A stretch of DNA of 64,000 nucleotides from an uncultured Thermoleophilia bacterium (GTDB lineage: Bacteria; Actinomycetota; Thermoleophilia; UBA2241): contig CAVPCT010000005.1 in assembly GCA_963702475.1 (NCBI GenBank), positions 768,001 through 832,000 on the forward strand. Direction: 5' to 3'. Within the stretch, counting starts at the first letter, position 1; every line of letters begins with the position of its first letter. Below the pieces are notes generated by a model. The model searched no databases. It saw nothing but the letters and a program-made list of their open reading frames with translations, and was not told the DNA's origin. Both the position numbers and the translations under genes were made by a program. This document shows positions 41,569 to 51,949 of the stretch, piece by piece.

Positions 41569-43005
41569 TCAGGAGAACGGCAGGCCGAGCTCGGCCCAGC
41601 GGTCCGTCACACGGCGCCGTATCAGGGGGTCCATGGCCAGCTCTTCGGGCCACTCGCGCGCATGGCCCTCGTCCGGCCAGGTCTTCGTGGCATCGATGCC
41701 CATCTTGGCGCCGTAGCGCGCGAAGGGGCTCGAGTGATCGAGCACGTCGAGGGGGCCGCGCACGATGACCGTGTCGCGCTCGGGGTCGACGTTGTTGAAC
41801 ACCCGCCAGGTCACTTCGCTGTAGTCGTGCACGTCCACGTGCTCGTCCACCACCACGACGAACTTGGTGAACATCATCTGCCCCATGCCCCACACCGCGC
41901 TCATGATCTTGCGCGCGTGGCCCGGGTACTCCTTGCGGATGCTGATGATGGCGCAGTCGTGGAACACGCCCTCGATGGGCAGGTCCATGTCGACGATCTC
42001 GGGCTGCACGAGCTGCAACAGCGGCAGGAAGAGGCGCTCGGTGGCCTTGCCGAGGTAGGCGTCCTCCATCGGCGGCTTGCCGACGATGGTGGCCGGGTAG
42101 ACGGGGTCGCGGCGGTGGCTCATGGCCGTGAGGTGGAACACCGGGTACTGGTCGGCCAGGGAGTAGTAGCCGGTGTGATCGCCGAACGGCCCCTCGAGCC
42201 GCGTCTCTCCCTTCTCCACGTAGCCCTCGAGGACGATCTCAGCGTCGGCCGGCACCTGCAGGTCGACGGTGGCGCACGGCGCCATGTCGACCGGCTCGCC
42301 GCGGAGGAAGCCGGCGAACATGAACTCGCTGATGCCCGGCGGAAGCGGCGCCGTGGCGGCGTAGGTGACCGCGGGGTCGGTACCGAGGGCGACGGCGACC
42401 TCCGTACGCTCGCCCGCCTCGCGCAGGTTGGAGGCGCCGTCGTGGTGGACGTGGATGTGCAGACCGGTGGTGCGCGAGTCGAACACCTGCAGGCGGTACA
42501 TGCCGGCGTTCTGGCGACCCTGGCGGTCTTTGGTCACCACGATGGGCAGCGTCATGAACGGACCGCCGTCGCCGGGCCAGGTGGTGAGCACCGGCAGGCG
42601 CGTGAGGTCCGGCGGGTCGACGACGACCTCACGCCACAGCGCCTTCTTGCCGTACCTGGGGCCGTACGAGGCCAGCTCCTTGAGCTGGCCGAGCGCCTTG
42701 ACCTTGCCGACGAGGCCGCTGGGGACCTGCAACTCGAGGAGGCCGCCGATGCGCTTCGCGATGTCGTCGAGCGGCGCCCCGAGCGCCAGCTCCAGGCGCC
42801 TGAACGAGCCGAGCTGGTTCATGAGGACCGGCACGGCGGAGCGCCCTGCCGGCATCAGGGGGCGCTCGAAGAGCAGCGCCGGCCCGTGCGCCTTGCTGGC
42901 GCGGTCGGCGATCTCGGCCATCTCGAGATACGGATCGACCTCGGGACGCACGCGAGCGAGCTCGCCCTCGCGTTCGAGCAGACTGATGAACGCTCGCAGG
43001 TCCAC
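41569..43005 (-). CDS. UbiD-family decarboxylase (menaquinone biosynthesis, MqnL-like)
   Basis: DLRAFISLLEREGEL, WPGDGGPF, NAGMYR, EGPFGDHTGYY, GKPPMED. Confidence 0.93.
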   Translation of the reverse strand: MDLRAFISLLEREGELARVRPEVDPYLEMAEIADRASKAHGPALLFERPLMPAGRSAVPVLMNQLGSFRRLELALGAPLDDIAKRIGGLLELQVPSGLVGKVKALGQLKELASYGPRYGKKALWREVVVDPPDLTRLPVLTTWPGDGGPFMTLPIVVTKDRQGRQNAGMYRLQVFDSRTTGLHIHVHHDGASNLREAGERTEVAVALGTDPAVTYAATAPLPPGISEFMFAGFLRGEPVDMAPCATVDLQVPADAEIVLEGYVEKGETRLEGPFGDHTGYYSLADQYPVFHLTAMSHRRDPVYPATIVGKPPMEDAYLGKATERLFLPLLQLVQPEIVDMDLPIEGVFHDCAIISIRKEYPGHARKIMSAVWGMGQMMFTKFVVVVDEHVDVHDYSEVTWRVFNNVDPERDTVIVRGPLDVLDHSSPFARYGAKMGIDATKTWPDEGHAREWPEELAMDPLIRRRVTDRWAELGLPFS

Positions 43006-43006
43006 G

Positions 43007-43606
43007 TCAGGCCGCCACCCCAGGCGACAAGGCGTCGAGGGCGCGCACGAGAGGCGCGGCGTCGCGCAGGTGGAGAGCCGGCGCCTGGACCCGAGCGAGG
43101 ACGGGTACGTCGACCGCGCCGCCCGCGGCCAGAGCCTCATCGAGCGCCTCGAAGAGCAGCGCGGCCTGCCGGAGGGCGACGCCCTGGCGCAGGGCGGCGA
43201 GGCCGCCGACGGTGTACGCCCACAAGGCGTCGTCGGCGGCGAACGGCGCCTGCAGGCTGCGCAGGTACGAGCAGGCTGCCATGAGACGCGCCAGCAGGCC
43301 GACGGCCGCCGCGTCGCCGCGCGCGGCGACGATGTGCAGGCCGCGCGCGTACAGGAAGTCGCCGGCGAGGAGCGCGTTCTCGCGGCACGCCTGCTCGCCG
43401 GCCGCGCACACGCGGCTCTGGCGATAGTGGAACAGGTAGCCCTCGTAGATGAGCTCGATGGCGCGCACGTACTCGGCGTCGTCCCCGCCGTCGAGCTCGT
43501 CGAAGAGCAGACCCCAGCGCAACCGGGGCTCGGCGCCGGCGGGCGGCCCAAAAGCAGCGCCCGCCTCCCGGAGACCCCGCGCGACCGGAGGGACCGAGAC
43601 CGGCAT
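43007..43606 (-). CDS. Hypothetical protein with isoprenoid-synthase-like helices
   Basis: AIELIYEGYLFHY...ALLAGDFLYARGL resembles prenyl-synthase helices but lacks DDxxD. Confidence 0.65.
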   Translation of the reverse strand: MPVSVPPVARGLREAGAAFGPPAGAEPRLRWGLLFDELDGGDDAEYVRAIELIYEGYLFHYRQSRVCAAGEQACRENALLAGDFLYARGLHIVAARGDAAAVGLLARLMAACSYLRSLQAPFAADDALWAYTVGGLAALRQGVALRQAALLFEALDEALAAGGAVDVPVLARVQAPALHLRDAAPLVRALDALSPGVAA

Positions 43607-43607
43607 G

Positions 43608-44249
43608 TCAGACCTGCTCGTGGTCCAGATAGAACGTCAGCGACATGAGCTCGCTCGAGAGGTCGACCTGGCGCACGAGAGCATCTTCGGGCTTCTGGAC
43701 CTTGACGGGCGCGAAGTTGAGCATGGCCCGCACGCCGGCCGCGGCGAGGCGGTCGACGGTGGCCTGCGCCTCCGCCGCCGGCACGGTGACGAGGGCGATG
43801 TCCACGGCCTCGGAGGCGCAGAAACCCTCGAGATCGGCGATGCTGCGCACGCGTCCCGCGCCGTAGCTCGCGCCGATCACCGAGGCCGAACTGTCGAACA
43901 TCCCGACCAGGCGGAACCCCTGTTCCGTGAACCCCCGGTACCGGGCGAGCGCAGTACCCAGGAGGCCGGCTCCGACGATGATCACGTTCCACGAGTGGTC
44001 GAGGCCGAGGCAGTGGGAGATCTCGTCGATGAGGCGGGAGACCTCGTAGCCCACGCCGCGCGTGCCGAACTCTCCGAAGTAGGAGAAGTCCTTGCGGATC
44101 TGGGCGGCGTTGAGGCCGATGCTCTCCGCGAGGTCCTTGCTGGAGACGCGGCCGACGCCGCGGGCACGCAGCTCGCGCAGCTTGCGCAGGTACACCGCCA
44201 GCCGCGGCACAGTGACGGCGGGGACGTCGTTCTTGTCAACGTTGCGCAC
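43608..44249 (-). CDS. rex: Redox-sensing transcriptional repressor Rex
   Basis: RLAVYLR, SSKDLA, QIRKDFSYFGEFGTRGVGY, IVGAGLLGTAL, LNFAP. Confidence 0.96.
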   Translation of the reverse strand: MRNVDKNDVPAVTVPRLAVYLRKLRELRARGVGRVSSKDLAESIGLNAAQIRKDFSYFGEFGTRGVGYEVSRLIDEISHCLGLDHSWNVIIVGAGLLGTALARYRGFTEQGFRLVGMFDSSASVIGASYGAGRVRSIADLEGFCASEAVDIALVTVPAAEAQATVDRLAAAGVRAMLNFAPVKVQKPEDALVRQVDLSSELMSLTFYLDHEQV

Positions 44250-44252
44250 GTA

Positions 44253-45545
44253 TCACCCCTCCCCGGCCAAGAAGAAGCGCTGCGCCGCCGCGGCGGTCAG
44301 AGCGAGGTCATCGTCGGTGAGCGCCAGGGAGACCATGGCCGCCTCGAACTGCGACGGGGCGAGGTACACGCCACTCTCCAGCATGTGGCGCCAGTACCGC
44401 GCGTACAAGGCGGTGTCGGCGTGCTTCGCGTCGGCGAAGCTGGTGACCGGCCCCTCGCAGAAGAACATCGTCATCATGGCGCCGACGCGGTTGAGCGTGT
44501 AGGGCTGCTCGCCGGCGGAGGCGGCGATGATGAGCGCCTCGGCGATCTCCGCGCCCAGGTCCTCGAGCCGCTCGTAGACGCCCGGCGCTCCGAGCACGCT
44601 GAGCGTGGCGGCGCCGGCCGCCATGGCAAGCGGGTTGCCGGAGAGCGTGCCCGCCTGGTACGTGGAGCCGAGCGGCGCCACCGTCTCCATGACGTCGCGC
44701 CTCCCGCCGAAGGCGCCCACCGGCAGGCCGCCGCCGATGATCTTGCCGAGCGTGGTGAGGTCGGGCACGACGCCGAAGCGCGCCTGCGCGCCGCCCCAGG
44801 CCACGCGGAAGCCGGTGATGACCTCGTCGAAGATGAGCAGCGCACCGGCCGCCGTGCACGACTCGCGGCAGGCCTCGAGGAAGCCGGGCACCGGCGGGAC
44901 CACGCCCATGTTGCCGGCCACCGGCTCGACGATGAGCGCGGCGATCTCCTCGCCGCGCTGCTCGAAGAGCGCGGTGAGGGCCTCCACGTCGTTGTACTCG
45001 ACCAGCAGGGTGTCGGCGGTGGTGCCCTTGGTGACACCCGGACTGTCGGGCAGCGAGAGCGTGAGCACACCGCTGCCGGCGGCGGCCAGGAACGCGTCCG
45101 AGTGGCCGTGGTAGCAGCCGGTGAACTTGACCACCTTCTCGCGACCCGTGAAGCCGCGAGCCACGCGCACGGCGCTCATGGTGGCCTCGGTGCCCGAGTT
45201 CACCATGCGCACCAGCTCGATGGAGGGCACGGCGTCGCAGATCAGGCGCGCCAGCTCGACCTCGAGGTCGGTGGGCGCGCCGTAGCTCGTGCCGCGGTCG
45301 ATCTGGGCGTGCAGGCGGCCGACGACCTCCGGGTGACCCCAGCCGAGGATCATCGGCCCCCACGAAGAGACGAAGTCGACGAGCTCGTTGCCGTCGGCGT
45401 CCCACACATGAGAGCCGGAGGCGTGGTCGATGAAGAGCGGATACGGCATGCCGACGCCCTTCATGGCACGGACCGGCGAGTTGACGCCGCCCGGGATGTA
45501 CTGCTTGGCCTCGTCGAAGAGGCGCGCCGAGGTCTCTGTGTTCAC
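44253..45545 (-). CDS. hemL: Glutamate-1-semialdehyde 2,1-aminomutase
   Basis: IPGGVNSPVRA, NSGTEATMSA, GCYHGH, FDEVITGFR, GKIIGGGLPVGA, YQAGTLSGNP. Confidence 0.97.
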   Translation of the reverse strand: MNTETSARLFDEAKQYIPGGVNSPVRAMKGVGMPYPLFIDHASGSHVWDADGNELVDFVSSWGPMILGWGHPEVVGRLHAQIDRGTSYGAPTDLEVELARLICDAVPSIELVRMVNSGTEATMSAVRVARGFTGREKVVKFTGCYHGHSDAFLAAAGSGVLTLSLPDSPGVTKGTTADTLLVEYNDVEALTALFEQRGEEIAALIVEPVAGNMGVVPPVPGFLEACRESCTAAGALLIFDEVITGFRVAWGGAQARFGVVPDLTTLGKIIGGGLPVGAFGGRRDVMETVAPLGSTYQAGTLSGNPLAMAAGAATLSVLGAPGVYERLEDLGAEIAEALIIAASAGEQPYTLNRVGAMMTMFFCEGPVTSFADAKHADTALYARYWRHMLESGVYLAPSQFEAAMVSLALTDDDLALTAAAAQRFFLAGEG

Positions 45546-45778
45546 ACAGTCCTCCCCACCGATGGGCTCGAGAGTTGGCAGGCCGGAAGGTAGGGAATGA
45601 TACTACGCTCCAACCGGAGCGTGTGCCCTGCCGCACATGATTCCACACGCGCGGCGACACCGCCACGGCGGGGCGCTCTCACGGGACCGCGTCGGGCGGC
45701 CCCGACGACCGGTCGCACAGCGGGATGCCGGCCGCCGACGGAGGCGCACGGCGCCGTCACACGCAAGGAGGCACAGGC

Positions 45779-46219
45779 ATGGCCATCAGCATCCGCGACG
45801 CCGGCCCGGGCGACGAGCCGGCGGTCGTCGACCTCGTCCAGGAGCTCGCCGTCACCACCGACTACCCCACGACCATCGACGAGCACTACGTGCGGCACTT
45901 CATGGCGTCGCCGGTGAGCGGCATCCTCATGGCGTTCGACGACCACGCACCCGTGGGACTGGTGAGCTACGCCACCGTGCCCGGCCTGTTCCACGCGGCC
46001 GACTCCGGCCTCATCGAGGCGCTGGTCATCACCGAAGGCCGCCGCGGCGAGGGCATCGGCCGCCTGCTGGCGCAAGCAGCGGTCGAAGTCCTGGAGCTGC
46101 ACGGCTGCGCCGAGATCTCGGTGAGCACGGGGGCCGACAACGAGGCGGCTCAGCGGCTGTACTTCGAGCTGGGCCTCACGGAGGCGTCCGTCCTCATGGA
46201 GAAGCACGTCGAGCGCTGA
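45779..46219 (+). CDS. GNAT acetyltransferase
   Basis: SD AAGGAGG; LVITEGRRGEGIG...NEAAQRLY. Confidence 0.88.
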   Translation: MAISIRDAGPGDEPAVVDLVQELAVTTDYPTTIDEHYVRHFMASPVSGILMAFDDHAPVGLVSYATVPGLFHAADSGLIEALVITEGRRGEGIGRLLAQAAVEVLELHGCAEISVSTGADNEAAQRLYFELGLTEASVLMEKHVER

Positions 46220-46235
46220 TCCGGAAGCCGGCCGC

Positions 46236-46727
46236 GTGACCCTGCGCAGAGCGCATGCTGAGGACGCGCCGTTCATCGCCACCATGCTCGTGGAGGCGGT
46301 GAGCTGGGAGCGCGAGCCCGGCGAGGCCCCGTACCGCCTCGACGAGCTGCTCGCGACACCCGAGATCGCAGACTACGTGGAGGGATGGGGCAGGCGGGGC
46401 GACTCGGGCGTTGTCGCGGAGGAGGCCGGCGGACCGGCCGGCGCCTGCTGGTACCGCCGCTTCACGCCCGAGCACCCGGGCTACGGGTTCGTCGCGGAGC
46501 ACGTCCCGGGAATGGCGATCGCCGTCGTGCCGGCGTTCCGCAAGCGGGGGCTGGGAACGGCGTTGCTCGCCGCGACCATCGAGTCCGCCCGAGCCGAGGG
46601 CATCCCGGCCCTCGGACTCAGCGTCTCGCAGCGGAACGTGGTGGCCCGCCGTCTCTACGAACGGCGAGGCTTCGTCGTGGTCGGCACGCAGGGCGACGCC
46701 CTCACCATGCGGCTGGACCTGGCCTGA
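46236..46727 (+). CDS. GNAT acetyltransferase
   Basis: GYGFV, AVVPAFRKRGLG, NVVARRLYERRGF. Confidence 0.88.
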   Translation: MTLRRAHAEDAPFIATMLVEAVSWEREPGEAPYRLDELLATPEIADYVEGWGRRGDSGVVAEEAGGPAGACWYRRFTPEHPGYGFVAEHVPGMAIAVVPAFRKRGLGTALLAATIESARAEGIPALGLSVSQRNVVARRLYERRGFVVVGTQGDALTMRLDLA

Positions 46728-46796
46728 CGTGACCGGGGCCGGCGCGACCGTGGCGGCGCGCGCGCCGGTCGTGCTCTGCGCCGGCGCGCCGGCGCC

Positions 46797-47948
46797 TCAG
46801 CCCATCGCCGGCGCGCACCAGCCCTTGGGCACGTACGCGCAGTAGGGCTCCTCGGCCATGTAGTCGCCGGTGGCCTCGTAGGCCCGCGCGCGGCAGCCGC
46901 CGCAGACCTTCTTGAACTCGCACGCGCCGCACTTGCCCTTGAGCCCGTCGAAGTCGCGGAGCTCGTTGAAGAGCGGCGAGTCGCGCCAGACCTCGGGGAA
47001 CGTCTGCTCGCGCACGTTGCCGGCCACCTTGTCGAAGTAGCCGCAACCCTGCACGTCGCCGACGTGGCTGATGAAGCAGAAGCCGATGCCCGCGAGGCAG
47101 CCGCGGCTGAGCGTGTTCATGCCGCCGTGACTGTGCGGGTGCACCTCGAGCTTGCGGCCCTGCGCCTTGGCGCGCTGCCGCATGACGCGCCAGTAGTGCG
47201 GCACGTCGGTGGGCTTCATGAACAGATCGCTCTCCTGCTGGGCGTCGTACATCCACTCGAGCGCGCGTTCGTACTCCTCCGGCGGCAGCTCCTGGGCCTC
47301 GAGCTCCTTGCCGCGACCCGTCGGCACCAGCATGAACGGGTGGAACGAGACGGCGCCGAGGTCGGTGGCCAGCTGCAGCAGGTCGGGGAGGTAGTGCGCG
47401 TTGAGCCTGGTGATGGTGCTGTTGATCTGCACCTCCACCCCGGCGTCCAGGCAGTTGCGGATGCCCTGCACCGCGCCGTCGAACGCGCCGGGCACACCGC
47501 GGAACTCGTCGTGCTCCTTCGCCCCGGGAAAGTCGATGGAGATGCTGACACGTGCGATGCCCACGTCGTGCATGCGTCGTGCGACCTCGGGGGTGACGAG
47601 GGTGCCGTTGGGCGACATCACGGTGCGCAGGCCCGCCCCGATGGCGTGCTCGGCGATGGCGAAGATGTCGGCGCGCATGAGCGGGTCGCCGCCGGTGAGG
47701 ATGAGGATCGGGTTCGCGAACGAGGCGATCTGGTCGACGAGGGTGAAGCACTCCTCGGTGCTCAGCTCGCCGGGGTACGGGCCGTGGACGGCCGAGGCCC
47801 GGCAGTGCACGCAGGCCAGGTTGCAGCTGCGCGTGACCTCCCAGGCGACGACGCGAGGCGGCGCCGGGCCGTCTCCGGAGGCGGCGGCCATGCCGTGCGG
47901 GTGACCGCCGGGGTGGCGCTGTTGGTTTTGAGGGTGTGCATGGTCCAA
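46797..47948 (-). CDS. ahbD: Radical SAM/SPASM heme synthase (AhbD-like, alternative heme pathway)
   Basis: AWEVTRSCNLACVHCRASA, TGGDP, GCLAGIGFCFISHVG.VQGCGY, CGACEF..VCGGCRARA; located between hemB and hemL. Confidence 0.78.
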   Translation of the reverse strand: MDHAHPQNQQRHPGGHPHGMAAASGDGPAPPRVVAWEVTRSCNLACVHCRASAVHGPYPGELSTEECFTLVDQIASFANPILILTGGDPLMRADIFAIAEHAIGAGLRTVMSPNGTLVTPEVARRMHDVGIARVSISIDFPGAKEHDEFRGVPGAFDGAVQGIRNCLDAGVEVQINSTITRLNAHYLPDLLQLATDLGAVSFHPFMLVPTGRGKELEAQELPPEEYERALEWMYDAQQESDLFMKPTDVPHYWRVMRQRAKAQGRKLEVHPHSHGGMNTLSRGCLAGIGFCFISHVGDVQGCGYFDKVAGNVREQTFPEVWRDSPLFNELRDFDGLKGKCGACEFKKVCGGCRARAYEATGDYMAEEPYCAYVPKGWCAPAMG

Positions 47949-48044
47949 ACCGGCTCCTAGTGTGCCAGAGCAGCATGAGGGGCGCAACGCGGGCGCTCGG
48001 GGCGCGCCCTCACTCGGCGCCTCGATGGCCCGCCCGCCTCCGCC

Positions 48045-49019
48045 TCAGCCCTGCAGCCAGCGGGCGATGTCTTTGGCGTGGTAGGTGATGATGAGATCGG
48101 CCCCGGCGCGCTTGATGCCGGTGATGGCCTCCATGACGGCGCGCTGCTCGTCGAGCCAGCCGTTGGCGGCCGCGGCCTTGATCATCGCGTACTCGCCGCT
48201 CACGTTGTAGGCGGCCAGCGGGAAGCGGGTCTCCTGCTTGACGGCGTGGATCACGTCGAGGAACGGGATCGCCGGCTTCACCATGATGATGTCGGCGCCC
48301 TCCTCGATGTCGAGCAGCGACTCGCGCACGGCCTCCTCGAGGTTGGCCGGGTCCATCTGGTAGGTCTTGCGGTCGCCGAACGCCGGAGCGGATTCGGCGG
48401 CCTCGCGGAACGGGCCGTAGAACGCCGAGGCGAACTTGCTGGAGTAGGCCATGATGATCGTGTCCGGCAGACCCTCGTCGTCGAGCGCGTTGCGGATGGC
48501 GGCCACGCGCCCGTCCATCATGTCGCTGGGGGCGACGATGTCGGCGCCGCTCTCGGCGTGCGTGACGGCCATCTTGGCGAGCAGCTCGAGCGTGACGTCG
48601 TTGAGGATCTCGCCGTCCTGCACCACACCGCAGTGGCCGTGGTCCATGTACTCGCAGAGGCACACGTCGGTGATGACGACCAGGTCGGGGAACTCGTCCT
48701 TGATGGCGCGGACGGCCAGCTGGACGATGCCCTCGGGGTCGTAAGCGCCGGTCGCGGCTGAGTCCTTGTGCGACGGGATGCCGAACAGCAGCACCGCGGG
48801 GATGCCCAGGTCGACCGCCTCGCGCACCTCGGGGAGCAGGTTGCCGATGGAGAGCTGGTAGCACCCCGGCATGGAGCCGATCGGGTTCTTGACGTTCTCC
48901 CCCGCGATCACGAAGTACGGGTAGATGAGGTCGTCGAGCTTGAGCGTCGTCTCGCGCAGCATGCTGCGGATGGCCGGCGTGCGGCGCAGGCGGCGCATAC
49001 GGTAGCTGGGGTAGTACAT
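48045..49019 (-). CDS. hemB: Porphobilinogen synthase
   Basis: [43 protein letters not shown]. Confidence 0.97.
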   Translation of the reverse strand: MYYPSYRMRRLRRTPAIRSMLRETTLKLDDLIYPYFVIAGENVKNPIGSMPGCYQLSIGNLLPEVREAVDLGIPAVLLFGIPSHKDSAATGAYDPEGIVQLAVRAIKDEFPDLVVITDVCLCEYMDHGHCGVVQDGEILNDVTLELLAKMAVTHAESGADIVAPSDMMDGRVAAIRNALDDEGLPDTIIMAYSSKFASAFYGPFREAAESAPAFGDRKTYQMDPANLEEAVRESLLDIEEGADIIMVKPAIPFLDVIHAVKQETRFPLAAYNVSGEYAMIKAAAANGWLDEQRAVMEAITGIKRAGADLIITYHAKDIARWLQG

Positions 49020-49170
49020 GGGGTCGTGTCCTTTCTTCGCGCGGACCGGGGCGGACCGACTGCGTCAGGCATTGTCGCCCCCACACGCGAGGATGACAAC
49101 TCAGGCGGGGCCGCGCGGGGGCGCGGCGAAGCGGGGGCGCGGCGGCGGAGCCCTGCGGGCCCGCCGCGCC

Positions 49171-50445
49171 TCAGCCCCTCGCCAGGTCCAGCGCCGCCCT
49201 GGCTACGGCGAACACCGACTCGCGGTCGCGGAGGTGGCAGGGCAGCACCGGGACGTCGGCGCCGACGCCGATGGCCCTCGCGATCTGCTTGACGGTGAGC
49301 TCCTCGCCGGGCATGGACATGTAGGCGGCGACGACGAGTGGCGCGTCGCCGAGCGAGCGCACGAACGTGAGGTCCTTGCGCGAGGCGCGGAGGCTGTCGA
49401 GGTCGTTGGCGTTGGCGAGCAGTACCCAGACCGCGCTCTCGCCGCCCAGGCGCTTCCACGCACTCTCGGGCGAGCTGGTCGCCGCCGTGAAGACGATGAC
49501 GTCCTCGCCGGAGGCGCCGGCCTCGGACGACTCCTCGGCAGTGCCGGTCGCGGAGGCCAGGAGGAGCTGCCCGGCGATCACCGGGATCTCCACCTCCTTG
49601 TCGTCGATGAGCTCCACGCGCAGCTGCTTGACGACGTTGGAGTCGGTGAGGGTGTTGAGGAAGATCTCGTTGTAGAGGTCGATGGGGCCGCGCACGGCGA
49701 CCGTGAGGCCGCGGCCGATGTTCTCGATGGCCGGCTCGCTGACGGTGATGAGCCCGCTGGAGAACAGGCTGTAGATGACCTTGGCGCCGTGAAAGCGGTC
49801 CAGGCCACAGTCGCGCAGGATGATGTTGATGTCGGCGCGCCCGTCGATGCGCACCAGCACGCGCCACTCCTCGGCCGTGAGCGTGACCTCGCCGCGGTCC
49901 TCGATGCGGTCGCTGTAGGCGAGGTGCGGGACACGCTCCAGCGAGCCGAGCTGCTCGAAGATGAGCTCCCACTCGTCGATGCGCCGGCAGCCCTCCATGA
50001 TCACGTTCTCGACGTCCATCTGCACGAGGATGTCCTCGTCGGTGACCTGCTCGTCGGCGCTGAACTCGAACAAGCCGTCCATCCAGCTGAAGAAGTCGAA
50101 GGCCGCGTCCTGGATCTGCTCACGTACCGCGTGCTCGAGCGTGGACCGGTCGATGGCCCCGCTCTGAAGGAGGATGGTGCCGATGCGCTCGCCGCCGGCC
50201 TTCTCCTGGGCGGCGAGCGCGGCCTTGAGCTGGTCGGCGGTGATGGCGCCGGACTTGAGCAGACGCTCGCCCAGTGGCAGATGCTGCGGCACCGAGTACG
50301 CGTAGTAGATCTGGCCGTGCCGGAAGAAGATCTTGCCCCAATCGTCGCCACGCCGGATCGTGAGCGCACCCGACTTGGCGCTCATCTTCACCAGCTGGAA
50401 GATGTTGGGGAGGCTGAACTCCCTCAGGTTTCCCTGGAGCAGCAC
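49171..50445 (-). CDS. DUF4388 (PatA_N) protein with MshEN-like motifs and a degenerate small-GTPase-like C-terminus
   Basis: LQGNLREFSLPNIFQL...KSGALTI...GKIFFRHGQI; PLGERLLKSGAITADQLKAALAAQ; RIGTILLQSGAI. Confidence 0.8.
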   Translation of the reverse strand: MLLQGNLREFSLPNIFQLVKMSAKSGALTIRRGDDWGKIFFRHGQIYYAYSVPQHLPLGERLLKSGAITADQLKAALAAQEKAGGERIGTILLQSGAIDRSTLEHAVREQIQDAAFDFFSWMDGLFEFSADEQVTDEDILVQMDVENVIMEGCRRIDEWELIFEQLGSLERVPHLAYSDRIEDRGEVTLTAEEWRVLVRIDGRADINIILRDCGLDRFHGAKVIYSLFSSGLITVSEPAIENIGRGLTVAVRGPIDLYNEIFLNTLTDSNVVKQLRVELIDDKEVEIPVIAGQLLLASATGTAEESSEAGASGEDVIVFTAATSSPESAWKRLGGESAVWVLLANANDLDSLRASRKDLTFVRSLGDAPLVVAAYMSMPGEELTVKQIARAIGVGADVPVLPCHLRDRESVFAVARAALDLARG

Positions 50446-50551
50446 GCGCGACCTCGACGGCTAGGGGGACGGCCACCTGTGGCCGCCAGTGTTCTACACC
50501 GGACGGGCTGCACTTCTCAAGACGCGGCCGAGATCGCCGGCCGGGCCGCGC

Positions 50552-51949
50552 TCAGGTCGTCCCCCGGCGCGGCGCGAGCTCCCAGTCCCTCGGGTCGGCC
50601 TCGGCGAGGTCCACGGTCTCGGCCAGGACCTCGCCGCCGAACGGCTCGTCCGGCAGGCAGGCCGGCCCCTCGCAGGTGCCGGCCTCGAGCCCGCTGCGCC
50701 GCAGGGCGGCGTACCCATAGGCGGACGTGGCGATGGTGGCGATGCCGCCGATGGCCAAGGCCCAGCGCACCCCGAGGCCGCGGACGATGAGCCCCGTGAT
50801 GGGGCCACCTATAGGGGTGCTCCCCAGGAACACCACGGCCCACAGCGCCATCACACGGCCGCGCATGGCGTGGCCGGCGTTCAGCTGCAGCAGGGAGTTA
50901 GTGCTGCCGTTGAACAGCATGGCGGCGGCGCCGATACCCACGAGCAGCCCGGCGGCGGAGTAGTACCCGGGCGTCAGCGCAAGCACCAGCGAGATGACAC
51001 CGAAGACGAACGTGCTGCCGACCAGGAGGCGCGTGGACGGGCGGGTGCGGCTCGCCATCACGAGCGCGCCCACCAGCGCACCGGCACCCATCGCCGCGGA
51101 GAGAGCGCCGTAGGCGCCGCCGCCGCGGTCGAACTCGCCCTTCGTCAAGATCGGGAGGACGACCGAGTAGTTGTAGGCCATGATGCTCACGATGCCGAGC
51201 ATCAGAAGCGGCACGCGCAACTCGGTGGTGCGCCACACGTGGCTGAACCCCTCGCGCACCTGTCCCTTCTCCCGCGCGACCGGCCTGCCGCGGAAGAGCT
51301 CGGCCGGTCGCATGAGGAGCAGCGCGGCGATCACCGCCAGGAACGACGCGGCGTTGAGCAGAAAGCACGGGCCGACGCCGACACTGGCGATGAGCACGCC
51401 TCCGAGCGCGGGGCCCAGGATCCGGGATGAGTTTATGACGACGCCGTTCAGGCCCACGGCGTTGGCCAGGTCGTCCGGACCCACCATCTCGTACACGAAG
51501 CTCTGCTGCGAAGGCATGCCCAAGGCCAGAGCCGTCCCGGTGAGGGCAGCGAGGAGCCAGATCATCCACACCGTGACGACGTCGGTGACGGTGAGCATCC
51601 CGAGGACGAGCGCGAGCACGGCCGCCACCGACTGCGTGGCCAGGAGCAGCTTGCGCTTGTCCACGCGGTCGGCCAGCGCGCCGGACCACGCCCCGAGCAC
51701 CAGGATGGGCCCGAACTGCAGGCCGACGGTGATGCCCAGATCCACGCTGCTGCCGCTGAGCTGCAGGACCAGCCAGGCCTGCGCGACTCCCTGCATCCAG
51801 GTGCCGCTCATCGACACCACCTGGCTGAAGAAGAAGAGGCGGTAGTTGCGGATGTGCAGCGAGCGGAAGGTACGGGACATCAGACCTCGCTGCGCGGGCC
51901 CGGGTACGCCGGCGGCGGCCGGGGACGTGTTGCCGGACGCCGGGCTCAC
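50552..51949 (-). CDS. MFS transporter
   Basis: FRSLHIRNYRLFF...SGTWMQGVAQAWLV, GALADRVDKR. Confidence 0.92.
   Translation of the reverse strand: MSPASGNTSPAAAGVPGPAQRGLMSRTFRSLHIRNYRLFFFSQVVSMSGTWMQGVAQAWLVLQLSGSSVDLGITVGLQFGPILVLGAWSGALADRVDKRKLLLATQSVAAVLALVLGMLTVTDVVTVWMIWLLAALTGTALALGMPSQQSFVYEMVGPDDLANAVGLNGVVINSSRILGPALGGVLIASVGVGPCFLLNAASFLAVIAALLLMRPAELFRGRPVAREKGQVREGFSHVWRTTELRVPLLMLGIVSIMAYNYSVVLPILTKGEFDRGGGAYGALSAAMGAGALVGALVMASRTRPSTRLLVGSTFVFGVISLVLALTPGYYSAAGLLVGIGAAAMLFNGSTNSLLQLNAGHAMRGRVMALWAVVFLGSTPIGGPITGLIVRGLGVRWALAIGGIATIATSAYGYAALRRSGLEAGTCEGPACLPDEPFGGEVLAETVDLAEADPRDWELAPRRGTT

Noticed and set aside
45536-45549. ctgtgt-tc-acacag palindrome at the hemL start as a Rex box
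   Set aside because: Does not match the TTGTGAA-N4-TTCACAA length or spacing.
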